From Minutocellus sp. GHC0000111 (Eukaryota): a DNA stretch of 64,000 nt. Positions 1 through 13,284 of this stretch are shown here, piece after piece; position 1 is the first letter of the stretch, and each line of letters opens with the position of its first letter. The notes beneath the pieces were generated by a model. That model saw only the letters and a list, made by a program, of their open reading frames with translations, made no database searches and had not been told where the DNA came from. The stretch lies in assembly GCA_977018835.1 (NCBI GenBank), contig OZ361257.1, positions 2,976,001 to 3,040,000 of the forward strand. Reading direction: 5' to 3'. A program made the position numbers and the translations under genes.

Positions 1-52
1 GTCCCGCCAACGGTTGAAATCTCCATTTCAGTCTGAAACACAGTATCAAGGT

Positions 53-1829
53 TTATCCCCTGTATCGGAGGAGAAGGCCATTACTGCCGAGGGCCCAGCC
101 CATGTTGCCAAACTCCTTGAAAAACTTGACATTGTAAAGGTTGCCCGGAATTTGGTTCGCGGACTTGTCGAAGTTGAAAGTCTTACCACCGTCCTTGCTC
201 ACGTACATGGTGTTGGAACCACCCACGCACCAAACCTCATCGGCATTTCGGTATGCTACATCTGTTACACCATATCCGCCGGTCTTGATACTGGCTTCTT
301 GGAAATCAAAGGAGTCCTTGGTAAGATCAGGCTCCTTGGGGCTGATGAATACCTTGCCACCGTTCAAAGTCATCCAAAGGCCCTTGTGAATGTCACCCTC
401 AACAAAACCCATATTCTGAATACGACGAGGAGTGCCACGGTTGTGCGGGATCCAAAAGTCTTGTCCAGGCTCCCAGGTGAGGAAGAAGTTACCGCGGGAC
501 GAAACAGCGAGGTAGGCACCATCGTCGTCACGGACCTGGTTGATGATGGAACCGGTGAAGTACGAAGCTCCGCTAACTCCACTGCTACTGATACGGTTAA
601 GGGTGGCATCAATGGTCTCCTTCACCTGCGCCTTCCAGTTCCTTCCGGCATTTTCGGTAACGTAGATGGCACCCGACAAGGTGGTCATCTCCGCCTTGGA
701 CGGGCCGAGGGCATAAATGGACGAGGGCTCACCGGGGAGCTTGGGAGAGAGGGGAATGCGCTCCCACGACTTGCCAGCATCCTTGGTGTGGAGGAGCAGA
801 GTCGGCTTACCAAGGACCCAGCCCTCACCATCCTTGAAAGAGGCGACCTAGAAACGGTACGTCACCTCCTCATCGGGGTCAAGATTCGAGAACGAGCGAG
901 CCTCCCACGTCTTACCACCATCGTTGGTCTCAGCAAAGGCACCGCGGGCACCGACAAGATAACCGTGGTCGGCGCTACCAATCAAGATGAGGAGGTGGAG
1001 TTTAAAATGAAACAATGAGTGAACTATGGAAAATAGAATGGGCCTCTCGGTGTAGAAATATGTACCTAGGTACATCAAACAAAACGCAATTCAAACGATT
1101 GTAGTATCCGACACATCACGGGCGCTTTCCCTTGGAGTCCCTCTTCTCTTTTTGCTCAGTAGGAAGGCAACAGTTGTTTTCTCTCTACAAGATCACTTCA
1201 GTTGATATATATAAATACTGATTCTTCACGGCAAAAAAAGAGGTTCCCTGAGCTTGCTGTTGCGACGCGCATGCCATCGTTTCCACAACTCCGCACCAAT
1301 CCAAACTTGTACGCCTTACCTGTCGAAATCAATGTCGTAGATGGTATCCTCGAAGGGGACCTTGACCTGCTCCCACATCATGGAGGCGGCAGCCTCGGCG
1401 GGGGCGGGCACACCGCCGGTGGCAGCAGCAATGGACGCAGCGGCGGCGGCAGATGCGGTCTGATAATATGTAATTTGGAGGAGTTGACGATGCGGGGCAC
1501 ATTCAAGATGTGAGTTAAAATTTAAGTGGATAAATGTATGCTCAAATCAACCAAGATGACCGAAATTCGGATGTAACATCAGGGGCTTCAGCCATTCCTT
1601 TTGCAGTAGGCATGCAAGTTCTGAACACATCACCCAAAATGGTCACTGATGGCCAACAACAGTCCGCAAGACGCACCTGACCAACAAAAGATCGGCGATC
1701 AGATCCCTCACTGGCGGCCATGTTGAGGGCGGTCGAGGCCGACGTCCTCTGGATGGACTGAGGCACAAAGGCCATAGTCGAGGCGCCCGAAAGGGCGAGG
1801 AAGAGCGCGGAGGAGACGGAAAGCTTCAT
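53..1829 (-). pseudogene. HCF136: Photosystem II assembly factor Ycf48/HCF136, 3 exons (1829-1677, 1459-1320, 974-53), with in-frame TAG at 848-850
   Basis: Bipartite leader MKLSVSSALFLALSGASTMAF; motifs DIDFDS/ADHGYLVGARG, ETNDGGKTW, GEGWVLGKPTLLLHTKDAGKSWERIPLSPKLPG, AVSSRGNFFLTWEPGQDFWIPHNR. GT-AG joins keep the frame; the reading frame is interrupted by YRF*VASF. Confidence 0.85.
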
Positions 1830-2170
1830 CTCGGCGGTATGGTGGTGGTGATGTGCCGTACAAGGAGGCAAAAGGCGCGGTGGAATGATCGGTGTCAGCG
1901 GCCGGAGGCTCGGCGCTTGCTCATCGAGAGGGGATGACGTGTTGGGTATTTGGTATCCTATAGGTAAATAGGGGTAATGATTCTCTGAAAAATGGACGTC
2001 TGGCCACCGACCGTCAACGTCAACGCCGCGCCGCTGAAATTTTTTGCTTAAGTGCCAGAGCTTCGAAAGGGAGAAAGGGAGGCAACGACTTCACTTGGGG
2101 CCCTTCTATGTGCTAATTGCGTTTAAGTGCGGTGCATCGCTCTCATTATAACCATATTTTCATCAACACA

Positions 2171-3100
2171 ATGAATCCATTCTACCTGTTCCTGGCGGGA
2201 AACTTCCCTCTCTCGGCAGAGTTGCAATGTTTCTGGATGGCATTTCAGGGCAGCATGGCCGTGCGCAATGGCAAGCATCACAACCACAAGATGAATTGGT
2301 TCCATGCCTTTTGTCTGAGCGTCATCTCGGGGTATGCTGGGGCGACCTTTACGGCGCTTTGGATGGGCCGGCCGACGTCCATGCTGTCGAATTATCTCAA
2401 CATGGCCTTTTGTATCGTCGCGTTTGCCATTGCCAACTACCTGCCGTACGACATTGGGTATCGCATCGGCAACACCATGCCCGTCGTCATCGTCACGACT
2501 GTCTTTGCCCAGCTATTCCGTGCCATGGGCCTCATCAAGTTCTCCCAGGTCGCCTACGAGGCCTTCAAGGACAACCCATCTCCGTATTATCCCACCCCTA
2601 TCTTCGGTCCTATCCTTCTTCCCACACTGCTCGGCAACTTTGGCGGTTTCTTTGCCAAAGGATTCGATGGTCATTTGGAGAAGGGAATGCCGTGGCCGTT
2701 TCAGAATGGTTTGTTCTGTGCCACCTTTTACCATTTCTTTGTTCATGATGAGGATGGCTTCATTGGCGTCGGGCTGCGCAAGATCCTCGGTGGTCTCCCG
2801 AAAGTATTTGGTGTAGAAGACGAACACACCTTTGCCGTCATCTGTATCAGTTTGTTCATGCAGGTAGTACCTTTGTTGCAGCTCAAGTACTTTTTGGGAC
2901 CGTCTTTCAGCCCCTTCAACTTCATGTCTCCGCTGGTTTCGTCCATTGGACAAGGAGTTCATGTTCCACTGGCTGGGAAGAAACCCAAGACTTCATTTAC
3001 AAATGGTCCTATCACCACTACTACCAAGAAGAGGAGTAGAAGAGTGAAGAAGAAGACTACCGGCGCCTCTACTTCAGCGGGCAAGGAAAAGGATCTCTAA
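2171..3100 (+). CDS. TRIC/TMEM38-like multi-pass membrane protein (putative cation channel)
   Basis: Single ORF with many hydrophobic helices; WFHAFCLSVISGYAGATFTALWMGRP resembles the TRIC N-terminal repeat; basic C-terminal tail. Confidence 0.55.
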   Translation: MNPFYLFLAGNFPLSAELQCFWMAFQGSMAVRNGKHHNHKMNWFHAFCLSVISGYAGATFTALWMGRPTSMLSNYLNMAFCIVAFAIANYLPYDIGYRIGNTMPVVIVTTVFAQLFRAMGLIKFSQVAYEAFKDNPSPYYPTPIFGPILLPTLLGNFGGFFAKGFDGHLEKGMPWPFQNGLFCATFYHFFVHDEDGFIGVGLRKILGGLPKVFGVEDEHTFAVICISLFMQVVPLLQLKYFLGPSFSPFNFMSPLVSSIGQGVHVPLAGKKPKTSFTNGPITTTTKKRSRRVKKKTTGASTSAGKEKDL

Positions 3101-3241
3101 TGCAAAGGCGGTCGTAGACTATAAGTCGCTCGTATGCAGAGAGATGCGCCGAGCTTTTGGGTCTTCGACTTTGATTCTAGTTGGAGCTAGCTACAAATGT
3201 AGCACAAATTCAATCTAGAAGTAGAACAAAAGGTTAAAATC

Positions 3242-3769
3242 TCATTTCTTTTCGTTGCACAAAGTCGAAGATATAAGAGATCTCAAGGCATGGTTGGGAA
3301 TGAGCTCCGTGTTGACGAGCCTTTCATTGGTCATGGGGCTTGATTTGCTTTGTTTCAACCAATTGCAGATGCAAATTTCAAATTAAGAATGGCCGTCAGA
3401 ACAGCACACAGCGTCATTCATTACATCGAGGCAGATACTGCAGTAGAACTGGTCTGGAAAGGTATTCTTGGTGAGATCTTGCGTGCTGTTCGCTTTCTTA
3501 TACTTGATGAACAAAGATGCGGCGAGGTCGAGATCTTTTTTCGTAGCCTTGAGAGCACGCTTGGCCTCCTCGCGGTTGCATCCTGTGGCTTCTATCAAGG
3601 TTTCGATGCACCTTTCCTTCCTCTCATGCTTAGTCGCGTGCCTAGTACAGCCCCTCGACCTACCTTTTACAACCCCCTGAGGTCTCCGTTTGCATTTGTG
3701 TTGATGAGGCAAAGATTCGATTTGCCGGTCGTCAACGTCGTATGGAACAGAAATTTGCCCATTTTCCAT
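3242..3769 (-). pseudogene. UBA-like + U-box protein with in-frame TAA at 3383-3385
   Basis: ETLIEATGCNREEAKRALKATKKDLDLAASL is UBA-like; PDQFYCSICLDVMNDAVCCSDGHS*FEICICNWL...SPMTNERL...LIPNHALRSLI is a U-box that continues past a stop where Tyr is expected. Confidence 0.7.
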
Positions 3770-3854
3770 CTTATCGGGGCCGATCCAAATACGTCAGTTA
3801 ACAGTATCTCGTGTACCATGGTATAATTAGTATAAGTTTTATGCTTTTTTAAGT

Positions 3855-5369
3855 CTATTGGAAAGCATCATCCTCATCGAGGAAAATTGAACCCGAGCTC
3901 GGTGCATTGTTGTCTTCTTCTCCGTCGTCATCATCATCGTCATCGTCAGCATCTATGCTGGCCGATGTTGATTTGATACTTGCTGCAGACGCACCAAGCG
4001 ACTCGGTACTCTTCTCAATGATGCCACTGGCACCGCCAGAAAACATTCCCTTGAGCTGTTTCTTCGCATTGAGCCTTTGCTTTTCGGCTTCAATGAAGTG
4101 GCGAAGAAGATTCACTCTAGCAACATGATCCTCAGCCTCCAAGATCTTTTGCATCGTAAGTGTTGATTCTAGGACCAGTGGGCGGAGTTCGAGACTCATG
4201 GTCTTTTGCAATTCGGTCAATTCCTTCTGGAGCTCTGGGCTCAGATCGGTGAAGCCAATTGCCGAAGGGATTTCCTCCTCCTTGACGCCCTTTTCTTTCA
4301 TTAGGAACTCCAAAAGCTTATCCTGGAACTCTCGTTGCATTTCATTCTGCCTTGCTACCAGGCGCTGCTCGGTATAGGACTGCCAAAGACGGATGGTCGT
4401 CCAGAGACTGCTGTCGCCCGTCGGTTCCGGTCCAACGGCAAGAGCCATTGCACTTGCGCGTGTGAAGCGAACGTCTTCCTCAAGTTCGTGCTGCATCTCC
4501 ACAAGCGAGATGAAGGACTCTTTCAATGTCTTTTCCTCCTTGGACAAATTGGATCCAGCAGCCGCGGCCAGTTGAGAGTACACATCGCTGGGAACGCTCT
4601 CATCCTTCTTCTCAGAAGCGCCACCGTCGGCGTCGTCGTCGAGATCGCCGGTATCATCAATGATTTCTCCCTCCACACGCAAATACGTCTCACGGCTTGT
4701 CCACACTTCCGGGTTGAGAACTCGATTCAATTTGACCCGACCCACTACCTTGTGGTTGCAAATGTATTTGATCTGATCGGCCGTCTGCTCGCTCACCTCC
4801 TTGAGATCTTCCAAATGAAACAGCAATCCCATTTGCGCGAATCGACCCTCCTCACTGGGGTGGCTCATGCTGACGACGAAGCGCTTGGTACCATTCATCA
4901 GAATGTCGTTGTACATTTCCCGGTATCGTGGCTCAAAGATATTGAGAATGTGCTCGGAATTGGGAGTGTAGACGATACCACCAAGAGGAAAGAGCGGCAG
5001 CACATCGGCATCGTCTCCCTCATCCATCATGGCCTGGGTCGGTCCATTGGCGCCGATTACGGTGGGCAGCCACGAAACCGAGTCCACTCCATCGCTAAGG
5101 GGATCCTCAAGATCGTCTTCTTCGTCGTCATCCTCATCTTCATCGTCGTAATCATCCAGGGCCATCTTCAGGGCGGAGGAAGAGATGCGCCTCTGACCAT
5201 CAGCAAACCCTAACCAATTCTGTTCTGCATTATTGTTCTTCCACAGAGATGATGACGAAGTTGTGTCGACAAGGGGGGTCGTGGATCGAACGACCGGGCG
5301 CTGAGGCGCAAAGGAGGTAACGCCTACCGCAAGGAGGGCCGCGAGAAGCGCTGAACGTTGGAATAACAT
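3855..5369 (-). CDS. Plastid-targeted LON peptidase N-terminal (substrate-binding) domain protein
   Basis: Signal peptide followed by SFAP; LPLFPLGGIVYTPNSEHILNIFEPRYREM is the LON-N signature; ORF intact. Confidence 0.8.
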   Translation of the reverse strand: MLFQRSALLAALLAVGVTSFAPQRPVVRSTTPLVDTTSSSSLWKNNNAEQNWLGFADGQRRISSSALKMALDDYDDEDEDDDEEDDLEDPLSDGVDSVSWLPTVIGANGPTQAMMDEGDDADVLPLFPLGGIVYTPNSEHILNIFEPRYREMYNDILMNGTKRFVVSMSHPSEEGRFAQMGLLFHLEDLKEVSEQTADQIKYICNHKVVGRVKLNRVLNPEVWTSRETYLRVEGEIIDDTGDLDDDADGGASEKKDESVPSDVYSQLAAAAGSNLSKEEKTLKESFISLVEMQHELEEDVRFTRASAMALAVGPEPTGDSSLWTTIRLWQSYTEQRLVARQNEMQREFQDKLLEFLMKEKGVKEEEIPSAIGFTDLSPELQKELTELQKTMSLELRPLVLESTLTMQKILEAEDHVARVNLLRHFIEAEKQRLNAKKQLKGMFSGGASGIIEKSTESLGASAASIKSTSASIDADDDDDDDDGEEDNNAPSSGSIFLDEDDAFQ

Positions 5370-6040
5370 TTTGTTGGAGGTTGCCGAACGAATGTCTGTG
5401 ACAACAGGCAGCAGCAGGCAGGCAGCGGTTGATGGGATGATGATTTGATGAGTGATGAGCTGGAATTGGATGTGCGTACGTGCCCGTGCCCGCGGCATTT
5501 CTTTGAGATTCGGGATTCTCCCTTTTTTATAGTCTGTCAGTCATCCTACTAGACTCTAGGACCCGGACGCACGAACAACTCGGGGAAAATCCCGGCAAAA
5601 CGACTTTTCAAAGAAATGGACCTCTGAAGCTGAAATTTGGACACAGCATAGCACATGATGCGAGAAACCTTAGAATGGCATCGCGAAATCTCAATTCCTG
5701 ATATTTCTTGAGTTATCGGCACATCTTTTTTTGCCTCAACGCGTGGAAGTTAGTCCTACCAACGGAAACGCTTTGCCGAGACGACCCCCAAAAAACCCGG
5801 GTTTTTCGTGCCGGAGGGTCCTAGCTAGAATAGAATCCGTCTCCGCGCTTTTTGATACCGTTTTTCATAAAAAGATACGATCGGTCTCCCCACATCTTGT
5901 GTCGTCTCAGGGGTGGCACTCAATACCGCCACACAAGCAGCTTATATTTGCGTATTGAAGCGCCTGCTGGAGAAAATTCCGGTCTCTTGAGTGGCGCAGT
6001 GGTCCGACGCGACGACATCCCGACTGGTCCAAACGACATC

Positions 6041-7958
6041 ATGTCGCGCCGAAACTTTCCAGGTGGTGGAGGCATCACCGAAGCCGGCAATACTAGTAGT
6101 AGGTCCGTGCTGGGGGCTGTCTTGGGCTCTATCGGTACAATCGCTGTTATTGTCGCATTCATCTCCTATGGAAACGGCGGCCATGATACCTCCTCGTTAC
6201 TGCGAGCTTCCCAGACCAACCTGCTTGGTGATGATTCGTCACCTCTCCCAGTTCTGGGAAGTCATCATCATCATCACAAGAAGCTTCAGGAGGAGGAAGA
6301 GAATGGCAAGGGCGATGGCGAGGAGAATGGCGCCAACGCTACACATGCCATGCCCAATCAAAGATGCGAGTGGGTGGTCGACCTCTTCACTGAGAAGTAT
6401 AAGGGCAGAGACGAGGAGGAGCTCAAGACGCAGTACGCAATTCAGTCCGCGGACTCGAACGTGTTCTATCGCGCGACCGCGAATATCTTCTGGATCGACT
6501 TCGTGAAGAATGGCTGGCACGAGCGAATCAAGTTTGATACCATTGGTATCAAGGCAAGGCAGTTTGATGGCACTCCGCTTCAGCCTCGGAGCACTTGGAC
6601 GTGGGTTACTGGCGATCAGCACCTATCCAACTTTGGTGCATGGCGGAATAGAGGTGGAGAGGTCGTTTTCTCGGTGAATGACTTTGATGTAAGTTTTGAA
6701 AGTGAATTGATGAGGTTTGATATTTTCGAAAGGATTCAATTTAAGTGATATCTCATTTATAATTTATTCATTTATTTATTTTGCCACCCTTCCTCGCCTC
6801 CCATGCGATCTCAACAGGAAGCAGCCATCTACGATTTCAAGTAGATGTTCTTCGCATTGCCGTCTCGGTTTGCAGTCATGCCTTTACAAATGGCCTTGAT
6901 CCAAAGGATGTTCACGATGTGTTGCAAGCCTTCACGGACACGTATGTTGAGACTCTCATCAATTATGTCGGCAGTGATCGAGAGCTACTGTATGAGCTAA
7001 CTCCGAGAACTGCCTCGGGTTCCCTCAAGACGTTTCTTACAAATTTGAGGGATGACAAATCTGGGCGACAGATGCTCCAAAAATTCACCGAGAAAGATAA
7101 GAACGGCGTCCGATCTTTTATTTATGGCGACAAGACGCACCTTGTCAAAGTGAGCGCGGAGGTAGAGCAAGCTATACGGTGAGTGAATGAATGTGTGAAT
7201 GTGACCATTTTTATTTACGTATGTTCTCTCACATCTAAACCCTTCGTTTCCTATGTAGCGACCAATTCACTCGCAACAACTTTGGAGCAACAATGATGCA
7301 TATGGGGTGGCATATTAAGAATTGGGACGATGACTTTTTCACGGTACTGGACGTCGCTGCCCGTATCGGGAGTGGTGTCGGTAGCTACGGTGTCGATCGC
7401 TACTACGTACTACTCAAGGGCGAGGATGACCTAGCGCGAGGAGATGAAGTCGAGGGCGATGGCACGGCCATTATCCTGGATGTCAAGTTCGAGCCCTCTG
7501 GTGCCGTTGCCAACGTTCTCACAGAGGAAGAGAAGGCCTGGTATGACATTATGTTTGCTCATGATGCCGAGCGAGCGGTGGTAGCCCAACGCCGTCTCAC
7601 TTCTTACGTTGATCCGTATACTGGCTGGATTACTCTTGATGGTCAGGCATTCGTTGTTCGACAACGCTCACCATGGAAGTCTGCTCCCGATCTCAGTGCA
7701 ATTACCGACCCAAATGAATTCATTGACTTCATGGAGCAGGTCGCGGTTGCCACAGCAACTTCTCACGCCAGAGGAACTGAAAGTAAGTCTCCTGGCCAAT
7801 TTAAACATGTGATCGCATCCGCTCTTGGACACTGGGCTGACCGAACGGCGTGGGGTAAGGCTGTTGCTAGTGCTGCCATGCACTACCGCGAGCAGGTACT
7901 TCTGGACTGGCAGTGTTTCAAAGAATTTGTTGATACAGAGTATCCGATGGATAGCTAG
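6041..7958 (+). pseudogene. DUF2252 (kinase-like) protein, 3 exons, apparent 1-nt deletion at ~6835
   Basis: Motifs FYRATA, WVTGDQHLSNFG, VFSVNDFD|EA, ARIGSGVGSYGVDRYYVL, FVVRQRSPWK, HARG. After intron 6689-6817 the frame reads EAAIYDFK*, while the QVDVLRIAVS continuation lies in another frame. Confidence 0.65.
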
Positions 7959-8092
7959 AGCCAATAATACAGATAATACAGAAATGTATATTTTTAACCA
8001 TTTTAAATTGACAATCAATCGAACTACCGGTACTCAAATCCGCCATTATTATGCACCTCCGCTTGATATGAACCCCTGGCGTATCAATTGCG

Positions 8093-10941
8093 TTACTGCA
8101 CAAGCATGGCATTTTCCTGCCCAGCTGCGACTGATGGGGCCAAGTATGTTTCCATCGGTCTGTCAACCTGACCCTGGAGCAATTCAATCTTGAGCTGGTC
8201 TGGAGTGGCCACTGTGGCTCCGTTGTGCCCGTGAGACAAAATTACATTGCCAGAGTTGCACAACATGAGGCTCGAAAGGAAGAGACGGCACACCTCGTAT
8301 TCTTCCTGACCCTCGGTGACGGAACGGAAGTCTACGATGTTAGTAGGGGACGACTGCCCCGCAGCGGAGAGCTTCAAGTCACCATTCTCAGTCCTCTTCT
8401 GTTCCACCTCTTGCATGACCGTCTCCATAATCCGATCACCATACCGATGGATATCGAACTCGGGTCTCTTCTCTTCCTCTTCGAGGATTGGTGATAGGCG
8501 GCTTTGCCAATCTCCGACGCGACGGCTGAGCTGCGTTTCGGCGGCGTACTTCTCGGCGCCTCTTGCGAAAGCCCTAAGGTGGGCTCGGCACAGCTCCTCA
8601 AAGGTCTCGCCCTCGACGTTGGCCGTGTCTGTTTGGAGTTTTGTATGGAATAAAATTGTGCCGCATTATGAGAATGAAATGTTATACAAGGAGTGAAATG
8701 CACAATATCCAGATATCTAACAGTAAGTACTCACCATCACCAGAACCAAACTGGGATCCAGCAGTGGAAATGGCCTCATCCAGCGATGTGACGCCATCGT
8801 TGCCCCGAACAGGTCCGGCATCGTTCTCGTCGAGGTCGTCATCATCTCCGCCAAAGGCAAATCCACCACCATAATCATCATCGTCATCATCGAATGCGGC
8901 AAAGTTGTTGCTGTTGCCCTGATCACCCAATCCAGCGGGTGGAGGCGGCAGACCGGCCTCCTCCATCTGTCGTCGCTTGCGCTCCTCCCTACGGGCGGCG
9001 GCCTCCCTCCGAGCGGTGGCCTTGGCAATGTAGGCGAACTCGGTACCAAAGGCCAGGCCGGTCATGGACACCGACGAGGCCACCTCGGCAAGGGCCTCGT
9101 CCATCTCCTCGTCCATCTCCTCGTCGCTGTCACCGTTGAGGTTGGCCCCAGCGGCGGCACGGGAGGATTTGTAGGCGGCGACGGAAACGAAGGTATCCAG
9201 GGCACGACGACCACCGGCACCACTTAGCATCTTGGTCTTGGCATTCTTGGCCATCATGGTCGTCTTGCGAAGCGAACGCTTCTTCTTGGTGCGGGCTCCG
9301 GTAACGCATTCCGACGGAGTATCGTCCACGCCGGGAGGGAGGCGGTAGGTAACGCCGATGCGGAGGGGACGGGCCTTGGGTACCGCTCCGGCATCGTGCG
9401 GATCCAGGAGGGCCCAGGGATCGTGCTTCTTGGCGGGGATGGGTGCGAACTGAACCTTCTTGGGGGCACTTGCCTGCTGCTGCTGAGCTTGGGCAAAGGT
9501 ATCGGCATCGTCATCATCGTCGGCAAGGGCAAAGCCTACTCCACCATCGTCGTCATCATCGTCATCGCCACCAGCATGGGCCAAGTGTTCGTCGCCACCG
9601 TCCATGTTGGCATTGTCCCCATCTTCGGCCACAAAGAGGCTGGAATCGGGATTGATGGACATCATACCTCCCGCGCTGCTGTTCCGGCCATCTCCGGCAC
9701 CGTTGGCGTTGGTGAGGAGGGACGATCCGGGCATGAGGAGGGCGCCGGTGGAACTGACGTCGCACTTGCCGCTGAGGAGGCGGAGGTTGCCCTGCCCATC
9801 GGATCCCTCGTTGAGAATAGTTCCGATGAGGGCACGGGTGGCCGCCTCGGAGGACATGCGGCCACTTCCACTGTTGCCACCAGCGACGTCCATGCCACCG
9901 CCCAGGATGCTGCCGGCCTTGCTCCGATCGAGACGAGTTACCGACAAACCACCGAGGGAGAGACGGGTGGCATTGAGAAGGGACTGGTTGTTCCTGGGAG
10001 TGGCGGCCAAGAGGCTGCGGTTGTGGTCCGCATCGTCGTCATCGTCAACCTCGTCCAACAGCAGATCGAGGTTGGCATTGGCATGAGCATCGTCGTCGCG
10101 GAGGTTGATCCGATCCCCGTCGGGCGAATCGTCGGTGGGGAGAACATCGTCCAAGAGGAGGAATTCCATATTCTCGTCGTATTCGGTCAGCTCCTCCAAG
10201 ATGGCCTCGGTGCCATTGCCTCCACCGCCACGGCGCTTCTGACCGGCCTTGCCATTGCCTCCGTTGCGCGTCGAGGCGATGAGGTCATTGAGAGCCTGGT
10301 AGACCAGGGCGTGGAGGTACTCGACCTTGCGCGAGTAGACGCTCGACGAATTTTGTAGGAGGAGGGCCGCCTGGGCAAAGTTGGGGGGAGGTTCGGCACC
10401 GCCGTCCGAGGTGCCGGCGGCGGCGGCAGCGGCGGCAGCGTTGGGGTTGTAGCCATTGGGGAAGCGTGGGTCGGGAGGATGGCCGAGGGTGACCAATTCG
10501 TGCAGGTAGTCCTCGAGGCTTTAGGTTGCATTTGTAGATACGAAGAGAAAGAATTTCGTGAGAAGAAAATCAACACAAAAAAGTAGGAGTACGAGATGTG
10601 ATGTGCCGCTGAGCAGCATTTGGAAGCCATACCCGACACCCAAAATGGCACGATAGCAACAATCAAATTACGATATCTGCAAACCAAGCTCGATCGATTG
10701 TCTGGCCATGGATAGGCAGGAGATTCGGCTATCCGACTTCGAGAATTGGATTGGCACAGACCCTCGCCTTCGAACAAAATCGTCGAGGCCAACGGCAAAA
10801 AAGGGCTTACCAGGAGGCAATGTCGATATCCCAATTCTGAGCCAGATCGCGAAGGGGCTTGAGATTGGACAGGGCCGCTTCAATGGCAATATTCATCGCC
10901 GCCGGGCCGCTTGGAGCGGCGGTACCACCGGGCTCCGTCAT
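8093..10941 (-). CDS. NCAPH2: Condensin II kleisin subunit CAP-H2, 3 exons
   Basis: KPLRDLAQNWDIDIASC|LEDYLHEL, NFAQAALLLQNSSSVYSRKVEYLH, TFEELCRAHL, RVGDWQSRL, EVCRLFLSSLMLCNSGNV; introns at ~10810-10519 and ~8733-8629 restore the frame. Confidence 0.9.
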
Positions 10942-11135
10942 GGTTGCTACTAGTAGGCCTACTAGCTAGTATGCTTTTGGGGAGGAAAAAGTCAGAGAAA
11001 AGCAAAAAGCAAACCGTCGGGTATGCAGGCATCCTTCGTCGCATCTCATTCAGCATGTACGTACAGCAGTCCCCGTACGTAAGGGGTCACTGTCTGCTTT
11101 TTGACTGCTTTGCCTGCTTCATTTTTTCGACGACA

Positions 11136-13063
11136 ATGGGCCCCGATGCATTCTTGGTGGCAGAACGCTCCAGTGCCGGCGATGACTCGAAAAGCGACGA
11201 AGTCGACCACAAAATAATTGCATCGCCAGTCGATGGAAAGGAAAGCACAAGTCTGTATCGTGAGGATGACAACGAATTCGATGCCGCCGACACATGCTGC
11301 CTGGCGCCACTTCCCAATCTTGGCGGAACTTTTGCCTCGTCCAGCTCTGATTCGATTTTGCCGCAGCCAACCTCTTCAACTAAATCCAAAGATGAAGTAG
11401 CACAGTCACAGAATTCTCGCCGATCGGCCCTTCCCAAGCCCAAGAGGTTGCTCTGGGGGTGTACCAACGCCGAGGAGCACTACCAGTACATTATCGATGT
11501 CTGCAAGCGAGTTGAAAACATGCACGGTGCCGAAGGGTTGAGAGAGCTGGGACTGGAATACCGCATGGTGCACGATCCTTTCAATTGTCAATGTGAGGGG
11601 ATTGATTTGGAGGACATGGCAGATATTGGACCTGGGACCAGATCTGCTGCTACTGCTACAGCTACATTCGATGAATTGGATCCGAGATTGTGGGAAGAGG
11701 AGGTGGATGGGAAGAAGAATGATAGTACTGCGTCTACTAGTAGAAACAATGACAACGACTACACAGAACCACTTTTGTTGGATGAAGAGGAGGAATATAT
11801 GGTGCCAATCGGAACGCCCTTGGCTGATGTTTCTGCAGAGGGCACCACCGTCAATGCTTCTGCAAAAATGATTACACATGAGAATCTTCCTCAAGACAAT
11901 ATTACAGCGACACTGACCAAATCGAGTCTAGAAGATATGAATAAAGAGGAGGAAAGCGGTACTGCCCCAACTCTCAAGACGTCAATGAGTAATGTCAGTC
12001 TCTTCTCTCTTGCGACGCATCATACATGGACATCTGGAGAGGATCGAGAAGACGCCATGGAGCTTGAGCATGGATGTGCCCTGCGGCTGGTCCATGTTCC
12101 ACCACCCGCGCTGGATGCATATCGACCCCCAACACTTATTGAGGCAGATAATTACGAAACATTCATAGCCAACGGAAGGATGTACGATGAAGTAGCGCGT
12201 TTGTGCATGGAATATGCTCAAGATTTGATGATCGACGAAGGTGATTTAGAGTGGGTTCCAATCTGTGAGGAACGATCGATATCTGCACTCGTAAGCCGAG
12301 GTTATTGTAAACAGAGAGGGAAGAGACAGACACTGCTAATCATAACGGGGAAGGGCAAGGTACGGTCTGGCATATTCAGCCGCAGGCACATTATCACAAC
12401 TGGCATTGAAGCCAGTACGGCTTTGCCAATGATCCGTGAGGCTCGAAGTAGAAATATGGATATGTGATTCTAGACCCAAATGCAAACGGGGACATCAATG
12501 GAATGGATACTATTGATGTTAGTTTGAGGAAACTGTTTCGATCTGCGAATATCAAGTCTGACAAGGAAGACATAGGCGGGGAGATTGAAAGCGGTGTTTA
12601 TATAATAGCGCATTCAATGGCAGGCGCGCAAATTGTTCGATATTTGCATGGCGACAAGCAGGTTGGTACTTCCGCGAACCCAAATGGTGGAAGCGAAGAT
12701 GGTGAGAGATTGGCACTTCTCCGTCGGATAAAAGCGGTGGTATTCACAGATGGCAACCACAACATCAATTGGACAAAGAAAACAAATCCAGAGCTAACAG
12801 CAATGCTGCAGGGTCCGTCAGCCTTATATATTAAGTCGCATAAGCTTCATCACGATGAGCCAAAGGAGCTTGGAAGTCTTCATCATGAGTGTGATTTTTG
12901 GAGACACAGATTCGGAAGCATTAGCACGATATGGGCGGGAACTCATGAGCATGCCCTTACCAACTTTACCGCGCGCAAGTATATGTGGGATCATTTTGAT
13001 AGCTTTTTGGAAAGGAGCAACAATCAGGAGGAAGATCAAGAAGAGAAGGCCCCATCATTTTGA
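11136..13063 (+). pseudogene. FAM172A/Arb2-like alpha/beta-hydrolase-fold protein with frameshift at ~12462
   Basis: LLIITGKGKVRSGIFSRR...ASTALPMIREA...RNMD/[frameshift]VILDPN, YIIAHSMAG, WAGTHEHALTN; two overlapping ORFs (10911-12467, 12464-13063) with no intron-sized gap. Confidence 0.65.
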
Positions 13064-13284
13064 GAGCCTTTCCGAAGATACTCCCTCTAGCTAGGCCTAC
13101 CTACTAGCTAGACTAGCTAAAGACTAGCCGGCCCTAGCTAGCTAGGAGCTACGTAGCTAGATAACTAGTCTAGCCAGCTACGTAGCAGGTTTGGTCCCAA
13201 CATTGTTTAGCTTATTTTATTGGCTAAATGTACGACATTGACGGAGCCTTCTCATTTCTACCAATACAACTCTCGGCATTCTTT

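Noticed and set aside
14..1018. Long antisense ORFs (14-1018, 4335-5213, 9396-10358, 36475-37488, 38700-39710, 44679-45629)
   Set aside because: They are shadow frames opposite recognisable genes, produced by codon bias.
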